Below, piece after piece: positions 27,292 to 32,000 of a stretch of DNA of 32,000 nucleotides (the stretch's first letter is position 1; every line of letters begins with the position of its first letter). Below the pieces are notes generated by a model that was given only the letters and a program-made list of their open reading frames with translations, did not search any database and was not told the origin of the DNA. The position numbers and the translations under genes are program-made. This DNA is from Opitutales bacterium (GTDB taxonomy: Bacteria; Verrucomicrobiota; Verrucomicrobiia; Opitutales; PNEW01), in contig CBDCNV010000002.1 in the NCBI GenBank assembly GCA_965219535.1, positions 540,001-572,000 of the forward strand, given 5' to 3'.

Positions 27292-28266
27292 ATGGATGAT
27301 ACGAATATAACAATAGCCGATCGTTTGCGTGGGATGATCTGGGGCCAACTGGTGGGTGACGCCGCGGCTCTTGGGAGTCATTGGATCTATAACCTCAGCG
27401 AACTTGAAGCAGCGTATCCCAATGGTATTCATGGTTTTGAAACACCTAATGACGGGCACTATCACGCGGGGAAATCGCCCGGTGACTTTACACATTACGG
27501 TGACGCCGCAGTGCTTCTTTTACAGTCCATAGCAAGCTGCGGACGCTTTGATGCGATTCATTTCGGCAGCCAATTTATTGAAGCTATGGCCCCCGGTAAG
27601 TACTCGGGTTACATTGATCACGCGACACGCGGCACAATTGAAAACAAACAGAATTTTGAAGATCAGTATCCAGATAAAGAATTTGATTTTCAGCAAGGTG
27701 CTGATGACGATCAACTGGCAACAGCGTCTTCTCTTGCCCCCGTTGTCGCGGCTCATTTTAAGGATGACGCCCTTTTGGAAATCGTCGAAAGCGCTACGCG
27801 TGTGCGACAGAATAACGACCGCGCCGTTGCCTATATGCAAACGCACGCACGCATCCTGCTTGAACTTTTAGCGGGGAGGGATATTCACAGCGCCCTGCAC
27901 AGGGTTGAAGAAGTGGCGGCAAAGGACAGTATTTTCGGAGTTGAATTAAAACGAAAAATTCAAAGTGCGTTCAGTTCCACGGCAAAAAGTGTTATCGATG
28001 CAACCCTGGAGTTGGGTCAATCTTGCCCCCTGATCAGCAGCTTCCCCTCCTCACTGCATAGTCTTATTAAGCAAAATGAAATCTTTGACCATTGCATCTT
28101 AGCTATCTTGCGCGCTGGGGGTGACAATGCAGGGCGCACGTCAATGACCGGTGCCTGGCTCGGGGCGCACCTCGGAATCCATGCCATACCCGAATTATGG
28201 CGCAGCCGGCTTAAGGATTATGACCGTATCCATGATTGGGTGGAGGCGATTGTCAGTGTCGCTTAG
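27292..28266 (+). CDS. ADP-ribosylglycohydrolase family protein
   Basis: 324-aa ORF. N-terminal GMIWGQLVGDAAALGSHW and C-terminal GGDNAGRTSMTGAWLGAHLG match the family's metal-binding regions. Confidence 0.8.
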   Translation: MDDTNITIADRLRGMIWGQLVGDAAALGSHWIYNLSELEAAYPNGIHGFETPNDGHYHAGKSPGDFTHYGDAAVLLLQSIASCGRFDAIHFGSQFIEAMAPGKYSGYIDHATRGTIENKQNFEDQYPDKEFDFQQGADDDQLATASSLAPVVAAHFKDDALLEIVESATRVRQNNDRAVAYMQTHARILLELLAGRDIHSALHRVEEVAAKDSIFGVELKRKIQSAFSSTAKSVIDATLELGQSCPLISSFPSSLHSLIKQNEIFDHCILAILRAGGDNAGRTSMTGAWLGAHLGIHAIPELWRSRLKDYDRIHDWVEAIVSVA

Positions 28267-28330
28267 CGCATCGTTCGTCGATGGGTAAATTTTTTTTAAA
28301 GGATTTACATCCCAAGCTGGACAAGGTCTT

Positions 28331-28343
28331 TTGTGTCACACAA
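28331..28343. promoter_or_regulatory. Perfect palindrome TTGTGTCACACAA (candidate operator) upstream of the BMC operon
   Basis: 6-bp arms around a central C. The half-site TTGTGTC recurs as a direct copy at 28358-28364. It lies ~115-130 bp upstream of the candidate -35. Confidence 0.25.
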
Positions 28344-28458
28344 TGTGGGTTACTTTCTTGTGTCTGCATTTTTATATACCCAGAAAACTTATCAGTCACC
28401 GATCAATTTTGACGGTGTTTTTCCCATCCACATGACTTTGCTTAACCTAGTCAGCGGC

Positions 28459-28487
28459 TTGACATAAATGGAAGAATTTTGAATGAT
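28459..28487 (+). promoter_or_regulatory. Candidate sigma-70-like promoter of the BMC operon
   Basis: TTGACA (28459-28464), 17-nt spacer, AATGAT (28482-28487; 4/6 to TATAAT) preceded by TG. About 25-35 nt upstream of the PduL start candidates. Confidence 0.3.
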
Positions 28488-28511
28488 ATCTATCAGTTTC
28501 AATCATAATTA

Positions 28512-29210
28512 TTGAAAATAATGTCACCTATGCCGATCTCCATTCAGTCTAACACACCCCGGTCTGTGGTAGAGAACTTGGTGCGAGAGAGTGTTTACCG
28601 TCATTTAGGACTCGAACCCCTTCAGCGCGCACGCGCGGCAAGTCCATTGGTGGTAAACGTGAGTGCGCGTCACTGTCATCTGACGCAGGAGGCGGTGGAG
28701 GCATTATTTGGCCGCGGGCACGAGTTGACACCGATGAGCTGGCTTTATCAGGATGGCTATTTTGCTGCCGAGGAGACCGTTACCCTGGTCGGACCACGCA
28801 GTCGAGTGATTTCAAACTTACGCATTCTTGGCCCCTGCCGACCATTAAACCAGGTTGAACTCGCTTTTACAGACGCCATTGCTTTGGGGTTTAAGATACC
28901 GGTACGACTGTCGGGAAATATTGAGGGTACGCCGGGATGCATGCTCATGGGACCGAACGGATTTTTTGAGATGGAGGAAGGAGTCATTCGGGCGGCGCCG
29001 CACGTTCACATGAGTCCCGGTGATGCCGAATTTTATGGTGTGCGGGAAGGCGAGATAATGAAGCTCCGTGTCGGTGGCCCGGTGGGAGTGATATTTGACA
29101 AGATCATCGTTCGCATCGGAGAGAAGATAAAATTGGAAGTACATATTGACACGGATGAAGGCAATGCCTGCGATTTAAAACCAGACACCCCTTGCGAACT
29201 GATAAAGTAA
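28512..29210 (+). CDS. pduL: PduL-type phosphate acyltransferase (phosphotransacylase) with N-terminal encapsulation-peptide-like extension
   Basis: 232-aa ORF (TTG 28512; ATG at 28521 more likely). Both PduL repeats are visible: VNVSARHCHLTQEAVEALFG and AAPHVHMSPGDAEFYGV. A ~35-aa N-terminal extension contains SVVENLVRESVYRHLG. Confidence 0.9.
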   Translation: MKIMSPMPISIQSNTPRSVVENLVRESVYRHLGLEPLQRARAASPLVVNVSARHCHLTQEAVEALFGRGHELTPMSWLYQDGYFAAEETVTLVGPRSRVISNLRILGPCRPLNQVELAFTDAIALGFKIPVRLSGNIEGTPGCMLMGPNGFFEMEEGVIRAAPHVHMSPGDAEFYGVREGEIMKLRVGGPVGVIFDKIIVRIGEKIKLEVHIDTDEGNACDLKPDTPCELIK

Positions 29211-29271
29211 CTTTTTAATAAATAACAATGAATAACCTCAAATATATTTCACAACGAGAGAAGGAAAGATC

Positions 29272-29541
29272 ATGAGCGAATCGTTAGGAATGGTAGAAAC
29301 AAATGGCTATGTTGGCAGCGTTGAAGCCAGCGATGCGATGGTAAAAGCGGCGAGTGTAAGTCTCGTCAAGCAGGTGCAAATTGGTGGTGGGTTTGTCACC
29401 GTGCTCGTCAAAGGTGATGTCGGGAGTGTAAAAGCTGCAGTGGAAGCAGGGTCAGAAGCCGCGGACAAAGTGGGTGAGCTTGTTTGCTCGCATGTCTTGG
29501 CAAGACCGCATCCAGACTTATTGAAGCAGTTCGATATATAA
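29272..29541 (+). CDS. BMC-H shell protein (Pfam BMC domain hexamer), pore motif IGGGF
   Basis: 89-aa ORF. LGMVETNGYVGSVEASDAMVKAASV, GDVGSVKAAVEAG and ARPH are PduA/EutM-like. AGGA-type RBS (aaggaaag) upstream. Confidence 0.9.
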   Translation: MSESLGMVETNGYVGSVEASDAMVKAASVSLVKQVQIGGGFVTVLVKGDVGSVKAAVEAGSEAADKVGELVCSHVLARPHPDLLKQFDI

Positions 29542-29575
29542 TTGAAGAAAAGTAATATCCAAAAGGGAAATAAAT

Positions 29576-29851
29576 ATGGCGCAAGAAGCGATAGGCATGA
29601 TTGAAACAAAGGGTTTGTGTACCCTAATTGAAGCGAGTGACGCAGCGCTTAAAGCTGCAGATGTCTCATTCTCGGGATGGGAGCCCGTAGGTAGTGGCTT
29701 AGTCACCGTAGTATTTAAAGGTGATGTCGCCGCAGTCAAAGCGGCCACGGATGCTGGTGCTGAAGCGGCAGCTCAAATTGGTGAAGTGATCGGGGTGCAT
29801 GTCATCCCGCGCCCGCACGAAGATCTATCACAACTCGGCAGTTGGGTCTAA
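29576..29851 (+). CDS. BMC-H shell protein, pore motif VGSGL
   Basis: 91-aa [46 protein letters not shown]. Confidence 0.9.
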   Translation: MAQEAIGMIETKGLCTLIEASDAALKAADVSFSGWEPVGSGLVTVVFKGDVAAVKAATDAGAEAAAQIGEVIGVHVIPRPHEDLSQLGSWV

Positions 29852-29877
29852 GGGTAGGGTGGAAGACAACTGCATTA

Positions 29878-31056
29878 GTGAAAATTCTCGTTGCCAATCT
29901 GGGTTCCACTTCACTCAAGTATCGTCTGTTTTCAATGGAAGACGGGGGTGAAACATTGTTAGCCAAAGGGGGCTTTGAACGTGTGACTGATCATGGCGTC
30001 GCTATCGATCAATGCCTTGAAAACCTGAGGGAAGAAGGGCATCTCGAAACCATGGATGATCTCGATGCCGTCGGGTTTAAAACTATTCTCGGGAAAGACC
30101 TTTCAGGCTGTGTTCCTGCCGACGACCATACGCTTGAGGCCTTGGAAGCATTTAACGCGATCGCCCCTTCTCACAATCCCGCTTACGCCAATGGCATTCG
30201 GCAATTTCGTGAAAAATTAAACAACGTGAAACTCGTCGCAGTATTTGAAACTGCATTTTATCAGTGGGTACCTGAGGCGGCCACCCGCTACGCGGTACCG
30301 GAAACCTGGTATAAGGCAGGGGTGAGAAGAAACGGATTTCATGGTGCCAGTCACAAGTTCATCGCCGAGCGCTCCGCTGAGCTGTTATCGCGTGACGATA
30401 TCGCCGAGAGTTGCCGCAACCTCTACCGCGATGGACCGGTGCGCTTTGAGAGTGAACCTCTGCGCGTAATATCCTGCCATCTAGGAGGCAGCAGTTCAAT
30501 TGCCGGTTGTCTGAATGGTGTAGCGGTCGATGGCAGCTTTGGGATGAGCCCGCAAAGTGGGATCCCACATAATAACCGCGTAGGAGACCTCGACGCTTCG
30601 GCTACTCCCTTTGTAATGAAAGCGCTTAATCTATCGATGGATGAAGTTCAAGCGCAGTTGGCGCAGGAAAGTGGACTCCTCGGATTATCCGGTATTAGTA
30701 ATGATCTTCGTGATATTGGGGAAAAAGCAGCCGCGGGAAATGAACGTGCTAAACTTACAATTGACGTTTTAGTTCACGCAATTCGCCATTGGATCGGGGC
30801 ATTCTACCTCGAGCTCAATGGGTGTGATGCCTTGGTATTTACAGGGGGGATAGGTGAAAATAATCCAATTATACGCGGCGCAGTTTGCGCTGAACTTGAC
30901 AATCTCGGTATTGAAATTGATCCCGATTTAAACAACGAAACATTCGCTGAAGAGAAGATGATCAGCGCGAAAAAATCTAAAGTAAAAATATTCGTTATTC
31001 CTGCTAACGAAGAATTAGTAGTCGCGCGCGAAACCTGCCGACTGTTAGCTTCCTAA
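29878..31056 (+). CDS. ackA: Acetate (acyl-phosphate) kinase
   Basis: The track ORF starts at TTG 29842. The in-frame GTG at 29878 gives the canonical acetate-kinase N-terminus (M)KILVANLGSTSLKY. Also NGFHGASHKF, ISCHLGGSSS and VFTGGIGEN. Confidence 0.9.
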   Translation: MKILVANLGSTSLKYRLFSMEDGGETLLAKGGFERVTDHGVAIDQCLENLREEGHLETMDDLDAVGFKTILGKDLSGCVPADDHTLEALEAFNAIAPSHNPAYANGIRQFREKLNNVKLVAVFETAFYQWVPEAATRYAVPETWYKAGVRRNGFHGASHKFIAERSAELLSRDDIAESCRNLYRDGPVRFESEPLRVISCHLGGSSSIAGCLNGVAVDGSFGMSPQSGIPHNNRVGDLDASATPFVMKALNLSMDEVQAQLAQESGLLGLSGISNDLRDIGEKAAAGNERAKLTIDVLVHAIRHWIGAFYLELNGCDALVFTGGIGENNPIIRGAVCAELDNLGIEIDPDLNNETFAEEKMISAKKSKVKIFVIPANEELVVARETCRLLAS

Positions 31057-31099
31057 TACTAAATTTTTTAAACAGTAATTCTAACTCAATAATAAATCA

Positions 31100-31399
31100 A
31101 TGGCACAAAAAGCAATAGGTCTTCTAGAAACCCGCGGTCTCATCGGGCTGGTGCAAGGCACCGATACGATGTTAAAAGCTGCTAACGTTCAACTCGTCGG
31201 TCCCATGAAACAGGTCGGCAGCGCCCTCGTCAGCGCAGTAATTACAGGTGATGTCGCCGCGGTGAAAGCCGCTACCGATGCGGGGGCGAAAGCAGCTGAG
31301 GAAGTGGGTGAGGTAGTCAGTGTTCAGGTAATTCCCCGACCCCATGATGATGTAGCTAGCGTTTTGCCCCAAGCTAAGTCAGGCAAGGGCTCGAAGTAG
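31100..31399 (+). CDS. BMC-H shell protein, pore motif VGSAL, basic C-terminal tail
   Basis: 99-aa [47 protein letters not shown]-terminal tail PQAKSGKGSK. Confidence 0.9.
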   Translation: MAQKAIGLLETRGLIGLVQGTDTMLKAANVQLVGPMKQVGSALVSAVITGDVAAVKAATDAGAKAAEEVGEVVSVQVIPRPHDDVASVLPQAKSGKGSK

Positions 31400-31414
31400 C
31401 ACAAAGGTAAGCAC

Positions 31415-31726
31415 ATGTTTCTTGCGAAGGTCATCGGGGCGGTTGTCGCGACAAAAAAAGATGAGTCGATGAAAGGCAGAAAACTGCTGCTCTTGCGGCC
31501 GATGCTAGTTGATGAATCCAATCCAAAACGTTTGCGATCTGGAATCAATACGATCGTTGCGGTGGATAATTTAGGTGCTGGTGAAGCTGAGATGGTTCTT
31601 TTTTGTCAGGGGAGTTCCGCACGTCTGGGTTCAGGCATGAAATCATTACCGGTTGATGCCGCAGTTGTGGGGATTGTCGACACCGTCGACGTTGAGGGCA
31701 GACAGATCTACACCGCAAGCGAGTAA
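31415..31726 (+). CDS. BMC-P pentameric vertex protein (EutN/CcmL family)
   Basis: 103-aa ORF. MFLAKVIGAVVATKKDESMKGRKLLLLRP and VAVDNLGAGEAEMVLFCQGSSAR are the EutN/CcmL pattern. Confidence 0.9.
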   Translation: MFLAKVIGAVVATKKDESMKGRKLLLLRPMLVDESNPKRLRSGINTIVAVDNLGAGEAEMVLFCQGSSARLGSGMKSLPVDAAVVGIVDTVDVEGRQIYTASE

Positions 31727-31780
31727 TATCAGATAAAATGAGGTGCGCGAGATTAAAGCGATAATCCAAAGGTGATATAA

Positions 31781-32000
31781 ATGAATACGCAATTAGATGT
31801 TGATGACAGTACCGTTCGCCATGTGGTCGAAGAAGTGTTGAAACGGCTGGGTCATACGCAGACGGATACTGCTAGTGCTAGACCTGATAGGGCGACAACT
31901 GCCACGCGTTCAACGACACTAAGCAGGCACTCTTCTTCAAAGCGTAATTTTGGCGTATTTGAGGACGCGAATGATGCCTGTGAGGCGGCGCACGCGGCTT
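31781..32000 (+). CDS. Acylating (CoA-dependent) aldehyde dehydrogenase, 5' fragment truncated by window end, with N-terminal encapsulation-peptide-like helix
   Basis: Not in the ORF track because no stop is reached. My translation from ATG 31781 (RBS aaggtga 7 nt upstream) is MNTQLDVDDSTVRHVVEEVLKRLGHTQTDTASARPDRATTATRSTTLSRHSSSKRNFGVFEDANDACEAAHAA. The GVFEDANDACEAAHAA segment resembles the start of PduP/EutE-type enzymes, and the position matches BMC loci. Confidence 0.7.
   Translation, partial: MNTQLDVDDSTVRHVVEEVLKRLGHTQTDTASARPDRATTATRSTTLSRHSSSKRNFGVFEDANDACEAAHAA

Noticed and set aside
27138-27299. 53-codon ORF (MKKRAGTNRRQGYGGQVARSTYIFVSTYYYPIMRKMMNIIADLQLNLITVLYG) in the lnt / ADP-ribosylglycohydrolase spacer, ending in an ATGGATGA overlap with the next gene. 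Also the track ORF 26921-27310 across the same region.
   Set aside because: Composition is odd (YYY, MM runs) and there is no recognisable motif or RBS. The 26921 ORF is out of frame with the lnt 3' end. The short GC-rich segment ccgtcgccaaggctatggcgggcagg forms only a 5-bp hairpin and occurs once in the window, so I cannot support a repeat-element call.
29842-29877. TTG start at 29842 for acetate kinase, overlapping the BMC-H stop; a possible N-terminal targeting extension.
   Set aside because: The 12 extra residues ([12 protein letters not shown]) are not amphipathic-helix-like. The in-frame GTG at 29878 reproduces the canonical acetate kinase N-terminus (KILVxNxGSxSxKY).
1-32000. Scan for CRISPR arrays, tRNA/rRNA, IS elements, integrases, long inverted or direct repeats, and toxin-antitoxin or defence-type genes.
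   Set aside because: None seen. All intergenic regions are at most ~325 nt, lack periodic repeats or tRNA-like GC-rich structure, and no ORF shows transposase, integrase or nuclease-defence motifs. Composition looks uniform, so no island boundary is apparent by eye.

Overview
Densely coding chromosomal DNA (about 33 genes in seven alternating strand blocks). I found no rRNA, tRNA, CRISPR, transposase/integrase or recognisable defence genes, and no transcription factor. The gene content points to a PVC-superphylum (Verrucomicrobiota/Planctomycetota-like), probably marine, glycan degrader; this taxonomy is inference. That content is a Cys-type sulfatase, GH31 and GH42-like hydrolases, three PhyH-family dioxygenases and a PduL/AckA-type microcompartment.

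Main blocks:
- 39-2645 (+): PhyH dioxygenase and a four-carbon-acid-sugar-kinase family protein.
- 2660-8160 (-): esterase-like hydrolase, a fusion of a lipoprotein-anchored Kelch/NanM-like propeller to a Na+/solute symporter, and a leaderless (cytoplasmic) sulfatase.
- 8486-9708 (+): rsmE and a small membrane protein, preceded by an orphan intrinsic terminator.
- 9737-15036 (-): a protein with two tandem TonB C-terminal domains, a secreted GH42-like hydrolase, a 100-aa unknown ORF overlapping PhyH #2, and an EEP-family phosphoesterase.
- 15265-18449 (+): SDR and a cytoplasmic GH31.
- 18465-25275 (-): a seven-gene putative operon. In transcription order it encodes PhyH #3, a NAL/DHDPS-type lyase, a threonine-aldolase-type lyase, a P-loop-like protein lacking the Walker A lysine, an enolase-superfamily sugar-acid dehydratase, an NAD-dependent extended SDR and an SMP-30-type lactonase. 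Together these resemble an oxidative non-phosphorylative sugar-acid pathway with extra enzymes.
- 25432-28266 (+): lnt and an ADP-ribosylglycohydrolase.
- 28512-32000 (+): the 5' part of a PVM-like bacterial microcompartment locus, in the order PduL, BMC-H, BMC-H, AckA, BMC-H, BMC-P, and an acylating aldehyde dehydrogenase truncated by the window edge. Related N-terminal encapsulation-peptide-like helices are visible on PduL and on the aldehyde dehydrogenase.

All functional calls rest on motif and family recognition by eye; no searches were run.
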